Shown here piece by piece: positions 39,254 through 52,599 of a stretch of 64,000 nucleotides of DNA; position 1 is the first letter of the stretch; every line of letters starts with the position of its first letter. A program made the translations under genes and the position numbers. The notes under the pieces were generated by a model, which was given only the letters and a program-made list of their open reading frames with translations, had not been told where the DNA came from and ran no database searches. Origin of the DNA: Parasitella parasitica NRRL 2501 (lineage: Eukaryota > Fungi > Mucoromycota); the NCBI GenBank assembly GCA_025201805.1, contig MU619257.1:258780-322779 (forward strand). The letters run 5' to 3'.

Positions 39254-40465
39254 TCACAAGTAGAAAATGAGGTCTCCTGCGAACAGCACACACAACAACC
39301 TCGCTCTCGGAAAATGAAGCGCAAAGATAGCGCAAGATCACTAAACAGCTTATGCAGTGCTGGTCCACCAATCAATCTAGACGCTCGATGCGAGCAATTG
39401 AAAAGTAAACTGGAAAAAGAGCGGGCTACAGTAAAAGCACTACAGAAGCAGAAAGAAGGTTTGATGCGAGTGTTTGTCTTTTTGTTTATATGGCACTTAC
39501 ATATTTTACTGCAGCTTACAACAAAGACGTTCTGTTCCTGAGCAAAAACGTTGATGAATTAGCTGCCGAAAATGCGGAATGGAAGAAAAAACTTGACGCT
39601 GAGAGAACCTCAAAAGAAAGATTCCAGGACGACTTATCCTCTACCATGGATACATTAAATGAGGCAACTGAGCAGATCAGACAATTGGAATCGCAGAACC
39701 GTCTATTAAAACAGCAGCTCGACGATAAAAATAAGGAAATTCGAGAACTGGAGAAAAAGAACAAATCCCCTGTTGCGCGAGGAAAATCCTCTGCCGCCTC
39801 ACCAACTGAAAAGTCAAGTGATAGAATGCTTGCAGCTCAACTTCAACATGCTCAAAATCAGGTAAGATTGCTCAAATCTACCATGGAGCAGTTTCTTAGG
39901 ATGGGTGTCTTCAATGATGACCTTTCCAATTCGACATCACCTACAACGTAAGCTGGTATTGCTGTGTACACATAAAGTACGTTTCTAATGATTTAATAGA
40001 TCCATTGATGCTGTAGTGTCTGAGCTTCGATGCGGAAGATCCAGACAGCGCCGACATCCTGCATCTACTACAATCACAAACGATCCAGAAACCGATAATC
40101 CATGCGCTACCATTACCGATACAACGTCCCCAAACACAAATCCAAGAAAATCTCTGGTCCCAGTAGACACCAAAGCAAAAGAACCTGCTAAACCCAACAA
40201 GAGTACACCTACAGCTGAGTTGGATAACCAACTGTTAGAGTTATCAAGAGAAAAAGAAATCGTAAGTTGTTTTGTCAATTGCTGTCTAGTTTGAATGGGG
40301 GTATTGATGCTTCGTTAGCTCCAAGCAGAATATAGCAAAGCACCTTCCAGTGGTGGTAACGCTCTCGTCCGTAGACGCAGAGAGGAATTGGAATCCCGAT
40401 TAGACACTATAGATTCTCAAATGTGTCGCATCAAATTAAAAATGCGTAATCGCAACATACTCTAG
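37036..40465 (+). CDS. Large low-complexity / coiled-coil protein with an MPHOSPH9/enkurin-like C-terminal helical hairpin
   Basis: Multi-exon gene joining ORFs 37036, 37466, 39490 and 40016. S-, Q- and A-rich tracts; heptad region 39.4-39.9 kb; last exons give LLELSREKEILQAEYSKAPSSGGNALVRRRREELESRLDTIDSQMCRIKLKMRNRNIL*. An N gap lies in intron 1. Confidence 0.7.
39191..39253 (+). repeat. (CAGCAA)n coding repeat, polyQ
   Basis: Directly visible; encodes the ~21-Gln tract. Confidence 0.9.
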
Positions 40466-42499
40466 TGGAAAACAACTATACAGTGCACATATATATCATT
40501 ACCATTACTGTCTCCAGTAGATGCTGTTGCTTTTCAAGAGAATAAATAAAACACTTGTATGCTTTGATTTCTTTCCAAAAGTATTTAGCGCCTAGGAAGG
40601 GGAGCGGAGGTAGTTACATGTTACGCAGCCGATACCTAGTACGCATCTACTTGCTCAACACGTGGCAGCTTTCATTTATATATGATTTAAAGATAAGTTA
40701 TCAGACTTGTAGCTCCTTCCTTGCCGTGTCCTTGGAATAAAGACAGGCGAGATCATCAACTGACAAAAACTACTCAGAGAGCAATGATTGCCACACTTCA
40801 CTCAAAAGAAGGTCTACTAAAAATCATCGACTAACTTTGGGATTGTATCTAGTTTAGAAAACGTAGAATTGAAACATACTGCATACAGATCCTGTAGAGT
40901 ACGGTCACTAAAGAAAAAGTAATATTGCTTACTTCTGCTCTCCTTTTATACTTTTTCACAACCAAAAAAATTTTCAACAGTGACATTGTTATTTGCACGG
41001 GTCTCAGATCGAAAAAATTTAAACATGTCGGATCAAACCAATCTTGATTGGATTGTCAACAGCTGAGGATTATATTCATTCTAATGTGTAATAAAGCAAA
41101 TATATAAAAACACAATTAGGATAGAGTAGATTTAGACTTTTGTCTTGTCTTGAGCAGCATGAGCAGAAACAGGAGGACTATGAAGAATATCCGAAATTGA
41201 AGAAACATGAACAGGATGAATAATTTATTTAACCATCTTTAATTGTGATGACACCACCACCACCAAAGCTGTTATCTCTGCCACAAACCCAACCAATGCC
41301 TGGCAAAAATTGTAACTAGATGTCCTCATGTTACATCGTATAGAGCCAACATGTTCCCAATTACATCAACCATCTTGCCGGCCCATAATAAGATTAAGAA
41401 GTCTACTACTACACACATCCCCCCCCCCCCTGAGGTTGAAGTTTTATGGATTTGAATCCACAAAGCTGCGACTATCTTCTCTCAGTTGCCGCGTACAAAT
41501 TAGTAATCACGCTAACTACTTTTTTTTTTTACTATAGATATATCTGCTCTCTAGACATGGCTCTGTTGCTTCTCATGGATGTATCTGCTGATATTGATAT
41601 GCCTTAAAAAATGTTTACATAATTACAGATCTGGCCAAGACCAGAAGCAGTGTCGAGGTCATAATGACAGAGGCAAATGTAAAAACCTCCATTGCTTCAA
41701 ATATAGGAGGGGTGCTAATGTAAGTGATGGAGTTTTGGGACGAGTAAAAAATGCTGCCTAAAGAATTGATAGAGAACCAAACATAGCAATGGCTCCTCCT
41801 AATCTACTGATATAATTAAAATGTTTACATAATTCCATGTCTTTAATAATATCGCTGTGTATCCATGTTTTCATTGATACCTATCAAGTTATATAATCAC
41901 TGATAGACTTCGATAAAGCCCAAAATGAACCTTGTCTTATGCGCCATGCAAACAGGCATGATCATCGCTTTATTGAGAGAGGTTACTATTTCAGATATAG
42001 TCCCAATAACGCACCTCAGTCTGTAGCAATGGTGTACACTACCGACGATCTTAAAAAAGGTGTCCCTTTTTACCAATACTGAATTATTTTGCTGTATTAA
42101 TTACATAATTCTCGTTTGGCAGAGGGTCACTTTTTGAGATGTTTTTAAAAGAAACAAGAGTAGATAATATAAAATTAATATTTTAAAATGTGGAATCGGT
42201 ATAGAATGTTATATAGATTCGCCGCCATGAGAATTTCTGAAACGATTATATCTGTAGACTAATCCTTAGTTTTCACGGCCAAATGGTGAGCCAAGTAACC
42301 ATGAGCAAATGTCATGGATTCTTGAGCTAAAGCACTTTTACCAGATGCAATAATCAAGAAATTTTGGATATCTCTCTCAGATTGTGGAATAGAGATTTGG
42401 CAACAGTGTTGAATTTCATGCTGAAAAATTTTTGCGAGTCAGCATCGATCCTTGACTGGGGCATTATAGCCTGCCACTGTTAAGCGTTAAATTTAAAGC

Positions 42500-43200
42500 A
42501 AAGCACCATACCACTGATGCCCTGGATTGGTGATTTATTTATTCTCGATTTTGCACATGATTTATAAATGAAAACTGCCCAATTCCACGATAGCTTCTTA
42601 CATTTAACATACATCTATTGGCGAAAAGGGTTGTTGTTCTTTTTGCAGTAGCGATGGTTGTTGTTGCTGTTACTGTTGCTGCTGTTGTTGTTGCTGCGTG
42701 GTTGTTGTGGCTGTCTTGGTTGCTGTTGTAACCACTCAGCTGCGATAGTAGACATTGCCGAAAGTACGACTCATCGAGGCCATATGAGAAAGAAGGGTTG
42801 ACAGTCCCAAGGGCAATGTTGTTACGAACATGAGTTACAGTAGAGCAGACATGTAATAATATGTTGTGCACATCTCCGAGCATCGAACAATAACACTCGA
42901 GATTGTGATTACCCGATTCAGAAGAGACAAGTTCATGGGACGGAATATCTAAAGGTCGAAAAGCTGCTTTCTCTTGTTCGTTATAAGCTCAGCTGTAGGG
43001 ATAGTAGTGGGTGCCTTATAGCCTTGCATTCAGAGTCAGAGAGCGAGGGAGAGGTGTGAAGAGGGGCATCAAGGTCCAGAAGTTCAATAAGAGCTTCAGA
43101 AGGGTCTAGTGCCTATTGAATTCAAGGGTAAGGTAGCAGTGTCATTCGCTGATTGTAGTGGTGTTGGAGTAGCGCCGTCTACTTGAGCTTGTTGTGCAGA
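42500..43200 (-). mobile_element. Degenerate gag-like ORF remnant, probably a DIRS-type retrotransposon
   Basis: DPSEALIELLDLDAPLHTS...YKAPTTIPTAE...AAFRPLDIPSHEL...LLHVCSTVTHVRNNIALGTVNPSFS followed by a Q/T-rich stretch; homologous to 28.06-28.58 kb. Confidence 0.55.
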
Positions 43201-45376
43201 AAGTTGTTGCTGCATCAATTGAATTGCTCTTAGAAAGTGGACATCGAATGTAAAAGGAAAAAATTAAGCTGGCAATGACCGAGCGAAAAAGAAGATTAAT
43301 GTTTAGATAGTGTCCTTTTATATAGTATAAAATGAAATCTTGGTATAATAAAATCAAATAGTTTCCATATTTACCGACCATATTTGTTCATATTTGGCAA
43401 TTGTAAAAAAAAAATGAAGTTATTTGATTAAGGTATTATTATTCACTGGGAGCAGTGCTATCAAGCGGTACTTGGTGAGCTACAGGGTAAGTTTTAGGCA
43501 ATGCAGAACCATTTTCTACTGAAGATGTGGTAGGCAGTTCATGAGAGAGACCACTGGTAAGACGTCGATATCTAACAAAGGACATAAATTCGGGCTCTCC
43601 ATTGCGATTTGTAAAGTGAAATGTTATGTAGATGATACCGACAAGAACCAGCTGTGCACATTATTAGCCTACATCTAACATATCAAGTCCATTTTAACTT
43701 ACAATAAAACTCCCAATAATAGAGAGAATGTCGATACCCATTGAGACAAAGCCAAGGCTATTTAGTTTTTTTTTTAAAAAAAAAAGTGAATAAATTGACA
43801 GCTATCGCCATGTCTGAATCTTACGTCAAATAGACTAATAAACATAAAGATATTTATCAGTTTCACAGTATTTGATATATAAAATGGCATGATGTACTTA
43901 CACACCCCACGGCCGAGGAAAAAGAACATGAAAGAGAATGGTTTCACCAACGATGGTGATTGTCTAAATTCGATCAAAATCAAACATACCACCAAGAATC
44001 TGATAATTTGTTAGCTACATGTTGTCTTTATACACTTAATAGTACAAACATTTTTAGAATGGCAGCTAGAATAAAATTCCAGACTGATAATGTCACATTA
44101 AAATCAGCAATTGCGGTGGTAATGCGTCCATGGTTTACTTACAGTACCAAGTAATCAAGTTACCAATCAAACTAAGTAATAATCCAACGATCGCTAATAC
44201 ATTTATGGCTTTAAAAAATACTATGTTTGCGCTCATTTTTTTTAAAGAAAAACAAAATAGAAGAAAGAAATGGGCTGGTAATTTTTTTGAAAAACTTGAT
44301 TGAAATATATTTTTCGAAATTTGAGTTACTTGTATCACAAACATAGTGATAAAACTGCAGTATAGTAATCTGGTATAGCTATGATAGCGTGGGGCTTAGC
44401 ACCCATTATATATCTGTCTGTCTCTTAGAATCATACTCTAATATGCATACAGGTACAGATGACTGATAATATTATTAACTGATAATATTATTAGAGCCAT
44501 TGAATTGGAAAAGATGGGCTCAAATGCGCTCCCGTCTCAGACTAACTTTATTACACTCGTCTCAAGCTGGATAGGAATAGATTGTACTTAGTACTTTAAT
44601 GGCGTAGATCATGATATTCTCTGCCTATAACAATACTATTGTCATACCAATTTATGTAAATGAGATTGCTCATAAGTTTTGTATGCTGATACGAAATATA
44701 AATTAATGTGTTCAGTCCTTACTAGACATAAATTACAAGGCTCTGTTCTATTGACGAGTTGATTGCACATTCTACAAGACTATACACAATCTACAAACTT
44801 TAATGCTTACGAAAAATGACGACGAAAATTAATGAATAGTGTAATGCACATACGTTACTGCACGATTAAGACTCAGTGGATGACCTGAGGCATGTGGCGA
44901 TTCCGATCTATTAAAAAATTCATGTAAATGAATAGAAATAATGGCTCAATTATCTTTTGTTTTCTGTTTTACATGTGTCAAGAACTTGATAATAAGGATT
45001 TCACGTCCAATAACTACGGGTTTTACTCCCCTGTTTGGCCATCTTTGAATTTTAGAAACCGGTCATTGCCTTTTAATGACTAAATATCTTACTTCGAGGA
45101 ATTTTTTACGTGCATTGTATGTAATGTATTTAATATTCTTATCGTACTACTGAAATCTTTATCAAGTTATATCATGTTTGGTTGCTTCTGCTGCGGAAGA
45201 TGTACATGTTATTCTCAACAGCATTCAATATTTATCATGCAGCATCTTGCATCTAGAATGAATTGAAGACATTGTAATTTATTTGACTAAGATTTATAGA
45301 TAAAGTTGTTTACAATACACCGAAAAGGAAAAAAGAGACAAAATGATGTTACATTTAACAGCATGGTAAACCGACA

Positions 45377-47702
45377 TCACATATAAGCAATGGCGGCGTT
45401 GTTGGCGTTATTATTAGTTGCTGTCGTAGTGGTTGTATTAGATGCTGAAGTAGATGCTGAATTAGAATTCAAATGCAACGCATTCATTCCGTTGATGATA
45501 TTAGAAGAATTCATGGTACTGGAGTTATTTATCATGCTTCTTTGATGATGAATATAGTGAAGATGCCGACTTGTGGATGATGAGGATGCTGTTGAGCGAG
45601 GACCATTGCTGATGTCGCGATGAATCTTACTGTAAATTCGTTTACCATAAGGTGTGTTACGAATGGAAGGCAGTAACGGACGAATGCACTCAACAAATTT
45701 GATACGTTGGTCTTCATCGGCACAATCCAAACATGTCTGTATCACATAGTTTGCATAAGAATCACGTAAGAATCTTTCCATGTTGGGATGTTCGATAATA
45801 CCAGCAATCAAATGCCGTCTGGTCTCTTTACCCGCAACGCGAATGCACTGCAACATGAACAATTTGTAAATAAGTATGCCTGGTTTTGCGTGCAGTTTCC
45901 ATACCTTTTCAATCACATTTGAACTGAACTTTTGCACCGACAACTCTCGTATAGGTTCGATGAATCTACGAATTAGATTATCATAATAGGTGGCGTCTTC
46001 CAGACCCAACACGTATTGGACAACATAGTTTCCAAAGGGATCTTGAACCAATGGTAGAGCATGTTGAGTGATTACATTAACTAATTGAATCTATAAAAAA
46101 TAGTTGATTTCATTCGAGTAAATATTTGCACGCTGTATGGGTTTTTTTTTTTTTTAATTTAACCTTTTGCGATTCTACTGCATGATCAATACATCTTTGA
46201 TAGACGCAGCAGCCATGTTTATGCGAAGCAACTTGAATACAGTGCTCACTGACGGTATCATAAATAAATTGATTATGTTCAGAACTGAGCTTATGTAGGC
46301 ATTTTTGAATGACATGATTCCCGTTCAGATCCTTGATTAATGCTACTACGTTGGGCCTGAGTGCTGCAATCACTGCTTGTATCTGCGCTAAACCTATTAG
46401 TAAGAGACAAAGAAGAAATACCATGACATACCTGTCTCTTGGTTGACAAAAATTCAATCAACTTTTGCACTGCTCGTGTCCCATGCATACTCAAACAAAT
46501 CTTAAGAAATTCGGGTGCAATCACATCAACAATGCTTGTCCTTTGAGTATCATCACAACGTTCCAATAGTTTTTGACATAAATAGTTGCCAAACGGGTCT
46601 GTCATCAAATCAACAAAATGGGCGTGGATCTCCTCGTATATAATAGTGACATTCATAGGTGACTCTTCCAATTTAGTCTGCAAGAATCGACAGCCATTTT
46701 GGTCCTTGCACAAGTCAAATAGTTTACCTTGAAATTCTTCCAGCGATGCACCAGTGTATTTGTTCAATTCAGGATCTGCATTTGTACTGCCAGATGTCCG
46801 TCTTTGTTGCTGATGCTGAATATCGTTGACTTGAGATGGTGATTTGATGTTGAATAAAGGAGGGTTCGTAGCGTTGTTATAAAATGAATCAACGTTTACT
46901 GTAGATTCCGACGAAGAATATCGAAGCGGAGGATGTTGATTGATAAAGAAATTGGCTGCATTAGAGTTTGGAGAAGCAGTGATAGTGGTGGTGTTATTAG
47001 TAGAATACGCCATCATAGAAGCCGCAGCAGCAGCAGAGACATGGTCACCTATTAAAAGACTATTTTGTTGTTGTAGAAATACACTTGGAATATGTGAGTA
47101 AGAACATTGTTCCTTGAGATTGCAATAGCCGTACTGAGCAAAATGCTGGCATATATCCTTGGGAATAATAACATTTGTATCAGTACCAGTGTACTGGTTG
47201 GGTCTATATGGCCCCAGTGCATCCATATGAAGGTCAGAGTAAGAATAGGAGGTTGCCAATCTACTAGCTTTCATATTATTGACAGAAAAATGGTCGTATT
47301 TTTTATCCTGCATTTGATTAACATTAGATGGCGCCCAACCATGAGAAAATCTTCGTGCAGATTGGCCGTAAAATGCAGCTTGCACATCTTGGGTATTCAC
47401 ATCTAACGGACCTCCTCTTTCTTGCCGTTGTTGTTGCTGTTGATTATAGTAATACTGTGCATTACTGCTGCTGCTAGCGTGGTTATTATTCTCTAAAAAC
47501 TGAGCCCAGCTTTTGCTTCTTAGGGATTCCACGCTTCTGGTGGCATTTTTACGCAAAGTAGAATCCAGGTCTAACTCAGAAACGGAAGAGTTGAACTGTT
47601 ATGAAATGTTAAAAGTAGAATTATACTTTATGTGTTACAACATACCAAGCCATAATTTGTAGTGCTATTAAAACCGCTGCTGCTGCTATTATTATTATTA
47701 TT

Positions 47703-47767
<65 letters not shown>

Positions 47768-48197
47768 AGCGTTGTTGTAAATAAACATTAGGTTGAAAAG
47801 AAGTTGCTGCATCTTTAGATTTTATTTTGAATTGGTTAATGGTCCAAATTAAAAGAAGCATATACAACTTACTAGAATCGTTTTCGTTTGAAAACAGAAT
47901 GGACGAATAATCTTGATGTATGGAGCCCACATCAATACTGAATGACCTAGGCGGCGGTTTCATCACAAAATCAATAGGCGCATCGTTTGAGTTGTGAGGA
48001 GTGAATAAACTTTTATAATATTAGATAATATGATGAAATTCTTGACTATAGACATTTTACCTTTTGTCATCATTTGAATTACGTCTTGAACCAGGAACTG
48101 AGCGTGATGAAAATTGATTTTCCTCATTGTAAAAATCAAATGGATCCAAGCCAGGTACCGTTGAACTTTGTTGCTGTTTCTCAATGGTCATGATCAT
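45377..48197 (-). CDS. Pumilio (PUF) RNA-binding protein, Puf4/Mpt5-like, with one CCCH zinc finger
   Basis: PUF repeats LCKDQNGCRFLQ, LMTDPFGNYLCQK, HGTRAVQK, DLNGNHVIQK, HKHGCCVYQR, QDPFGNYVVQ, QKFSSNVIEK, DSYANYVIQ, TPYGKRI; CCCH CQHFAQYGYCNLKEQCSYSH; poly-Asn; start at 48197 or 48191. Confidence 0.92.
47688..47767 (-). repeat. (AAC)n/(AAT)n coding microsatellite, poly-Asn
   Basis: Directly visible. Confidence 0.9.
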
Positions 48198-48274
48198 CTA
48201 GATGAAAATAAAGAGTGTTATAAAGTTAGGCTTTTTTTGCTTGTATTTATATACTTGCAATTATTCATGAAAAC

Positions 48275-48324
<50 letters not shown>

Positions 48325-48867
48325 AAAAAAGTGATCTACAGGGAATTTATAAAAAAGCTCCTGAAAAACACTCAAATTTATATATCAAAAAAAGAATAGG
48401 AGGGGATAAAATACAATTAGCTTTAGGAGAGTATATAAAGAGGAAGAAAGAAGATTTCAGACGAGTAAACAAAAGAGAGATATATGCACGATTTAACACA
48501 CTAAAGGATGCTGATAAAGACATGCTTTTGTACGTCACTTATAAATTGTCTTATTTTTTTTATTTTTTTTTTTGAAAATGCATAGATTATGAAAAACGCC
48601 CATTTTAATTAAAGAGAATGTTTGCTTCCAACTATAGGAGACAGACTCTTGTTAAGAGAATTACGCCCTAAAAAGGCATATTAAAATAACCGAATTGGTT
48701 CATGATCAAGTGAGACGTTTTTGGGCCATCTTCTCGTCATTTGTACCTGTGATACAGGTATGATCTTCAAACAAGTAAATGATTCAAGTCACAGGCGTTG
48801 CATAATTTATGGGAAGGTTTCTTTTTCTAAAAAAAAAGGTACTTGGCTTTGCTTCTCTTTCTCACAG

Positions 48868-51132
48868 ATGAAAAAAAATAACATGAAACAATTTGCAAAC
48901 GAAGCCTTATCCACACTTAAAAACAGCTTTTTTCAGGGTAGAGGAGGCTATTATGCACAAATGGACCAAGAATCGGAGAATGAAGAGGAAGGGAATGACA
49001 ACGCTATGTCTCACAGTCTATTCTATTCATTTCATCAAAATCAACACAATATCAACGAAGATAGTATACCTTTGACTGAATCAAATGCTTATTCAGACAG
49101 AAGTCAGTTATTATTTGAACAGGATGATGAAATGGAGCATGATGGCTCAGATTTGGAAGAAAGTTCAGTAAGTTCATAATGTCTCTATCACCGTCTAGAT
49201 TGTTTACTGTAGGAAAACTGAAAACTAGAAACCTTCAGCTATTTATCTCGATCAGCCAAGCTCTTCCGCTCTTGATTTTGCGAATCCTAGGTCATTATCA
49301 GAATCTCTATTACCAACATCTGTATCAGTGAGTTTGTTTCGCATTATTCATATATTCGTACTGACTTTATCAATAGATTCCACCAGGAATTACTACAACT
49401 GCGGATAGAAAATATCGAGATCCAATCTTTGCTGTGTTATACGCTGTATGTTTTACATCATTCTTACTATCAGGCTTCACTCTACTGCTTACAACGAATG
49501 TAGGTTTATCCAAATGTGTACTGCTAAGGCTATCTATTGATATTTTTTTTGCAAATAGAGCCATGCAATTGAAGATTATGTTAAAGGGTCAACATTCAAG
49601 ACTATTAAAGATAGCGCAGGTATTGCGGGGAAAAACACAATGGGCTCCTATTTGTAAATAAAATGTTCCTTTTAGGCATCTTGTCTATTATAACGGCAAC
49701 TACGTTGATAATTGGGACTATTTGGCTGTATATCTTGCGTTCATTTACAAAGGTAAGCATCAGGTAATGGCACGATGGCTTTACAATAACCCGCCTCGAT
49801 AGATATTTGTATGGGGGACGGTGATTTGCGTTCCACTCACTTTAACTATGGTATTTATATGGACGCTGGTAGAATCATTGCAGAGTAGTTTTGTGTATGA
49901 AGGGGAAAAGCAATATTCGGCAAAGGATACAGGATTGACAATCATGTCATTTGTGCCTCTGGTTCTGAATCTGTTATATATCAAGGTGGTGTTTGACCAA
50001 AAGCATAGAATTAAGCAGACTGTGTCTGTTATCGAAGTGAGTTATTCGTTTTATTTTTTTTATTCTTTTTTTTGGGGGGGGGGGGAATCAATAATGGAAT
50101 ACTTATCCGTTGTTTGATAAGCTTGCATGTGATGTTGTGAGATTCAATCCTGGTATCGTCCTTGTATCTTTTGTTTTATTGGCTGTTTTCATTGCATTCT
50201 CAATTGTGTGGATTATTTTTTTCAATCGATTATGGTTAATTGGTCATTTAGGGGACAAACCAGCCATGGTGGGAACTGTTTGGGTTGTCAACAATTATGT
50301 ATACACATTGGCAGCATTTTACGTAATTTTCTACATGTGGACAGCTAAACTGTTGGTATATATGGAGAGATTTGCATTATCGGCTATCACTGCTCAATGG
50401 TATTTCCATCGAAATAATCGTTCATCAACGACAGCAACAAATAGATTACTTTGGAAAAGTGTGCTTGTGAAAGCTTCTACAACGTCGTTTGGAACTCTTG
50501 CATTTGGAAGTCTGATTTTGGCCATTATCCAGTTTTTACAATTATTCGCTAGAACCATTAGAAAATATTCCAAAACAGCTCGACCGTTTGCTGCATTATT
50601 TTCACTTATTCTAAGATACGTTGATGCTCTTGTCAGTACATTTAGTAATTATACAATCAGCTTGGCTGGTATTACAGGAGAAAGTTTTTGTTCTGCTGCT
50701 ACTTCTGCAACAAAAATCTTTAGGCGTAATTTATTGACTGGGTTATTTGGAGGTAATTTGAGCTTTTCGTAAACTTGTACATTAACGATTCATTGTTAAA
50801 ATAGACCTACTGACACAGTTAATACTTTACATTGGTGCAAGCGTCATTGCGTTATCATCTGGTTTTGGTGCCTACATTTATGCTACCCATAGTCTTCATT
50901 CTCCTCATGGCTTTGTCGTTGGACTCATTGGCACGTTAATGCCTTGGTACTTATCTCAATTTTTCTCTTATATAATGATGAGCATGTAAGTCTAGCAATG
51001 AAGCTTTTTATGTGTTTGCATTGACATTTATTAAATAGAATCGACGCAAGTTTTCTTTGCTATGCAATCGATTTAGATACGGGCATGGTTCATTTAAGTG
51101 CTGCTCATACTGCATTCTCTGGTTTTGAGTAG
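48868..51132 (+). CDS. Choline transporter-like (CTL/SLC44/Pns1 family) membrane protein
   Basis: RKYRDPIFAVLY, RIKQTVSVIELAC, AITAQWYF, TTSFGTLAFGSLILAIIQ, ITGESFCSAA, IDASFLCYAID; multi-intron; start uncertain. Confidence 0.88.
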
Positions 51133-51971
51133 GCCTTCAACATTTCTTATTTATGATTATATTACTCAAATCAGTCCTATATCTCTTGTCACTATATATT
51201 TCATATCCATAAACTTTAAATTTTTTTCGTGTATGTGTTCCCCAATTAAGTTAGAAATCGATACTAAGTACAGATATTGTTACACTGTAACCTATTTTTT
51301 CTTTTATAATGAGAAAATTATCAACCTGTCAACTGTCAACTCAGATCAAGCGGAACACTCTATCACCGATAAATTTGACAAATCTATTCACAGAAGTACA
51401 ACTTCTTCAAGTCAAATTATCATCCATTATCATTCATGCTTGCTTTCCATTACTTTCCCTCTTGAATGTTTAGAAAACATTAGATGGAAGCGTCTGATGA
51501 AATTTTAGTTAATATGTATAGAATAATAGCTTAAAGCTTACTAATATCAAGTTCTATAAATTTATACAACACTTACCATTTAGATCCCTTGATTCACATT
51601 TAAATATTGCCTCTAAATCACTGTAAACTCGCAATCCTTTAACTCCACCTCTCATTTTATTTTTTTATTTTTACCTCTTTGACAACTATAAACCTAGTGC
51701 TCACTTTTATTAGTTTGACAAGTAATATGCTACAAATATCTTTTCTTTTTTTAAATTGATTTTGTTGATTGTTTCGTGTAAATAGGTCCCTAGGGAACTA
51801 TCGACAGGTGAATGCAATTGAAAAGCTAAAAGTCTATTGAAGCTAGTGAAAGATTTAGATATAGTTTATATCAAAGATCTATGTAGTTAAAAGTAAAATG
51901 AATGGAAAGAGTACTACAACCAAAGAAAACAACAAATGTCTCATGATAACCACGATTAAGTCAAAAAAAGT

Positions 51972-52044
51972 TGAGGCTACCAGGGGTCGAACCTGGAATC
52001 TCCTGATTCGTAGTCAGACGCCTTATCCATTGGGCCATAGCCCC
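51972..52044 (-). tRNA. tRNA-Arg(ACG)
   Basis: GGGGCTATGGCCCAATGGATAAGGCGTCTGACT-ACG-AATCAGGAGATTCCAGGTTCGACCCCTGGTAGCCTCA forms a cloverleaf with GGTTCGA T-loop and no intron; oligo-T terminator downstream. Confidence 0.97.
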
Positions 52045-52599
52045 ACAACTTGTTTTTGGGGGATGTAATTTTTTTATCTTTTAAATTAAAAAGGTAATTC
52101 TCAAAAAGGCAATTTGTCACGTGATGTTTTCAAGAGTATTAATCATGTAGTTATGGATTTAAAATGGTGTTGTCGAAGTATGTCTTGTTGGCTGAAGTTG
52201 CAGAAGGCACCGCCCATCAAAAATATCTGGGTTTCAGTGAGCTCAGGGGTGAAAGTGTGTGCCGATCTGAATTTCTTTTTTTTTTTTTTTGGATAATTGC
52301 TGTGGAATCGGTATAAGTTATATGGATTCACGGAAAAAAATTATAGGTTTTATTATCAAATCGACAGGTGTATGAAGCTCCAGTTCATCTACTGACCAGG
52401 TAGATGAACTTTTACATACTTAAGCTATGGATAAATGTTCTATTCTCGCAATTTAACATGTACGACAATACTGCGTAACTAGCATCTTAACTTTGTGCTA
52501 ACCAACATATCAGCAGACTCAAGATAACTTAAATCTATTTGAGTGAGGAGATAGACTTTAACCGAGGTACTTTGATCAATCTTTATACGAAGATTATTA

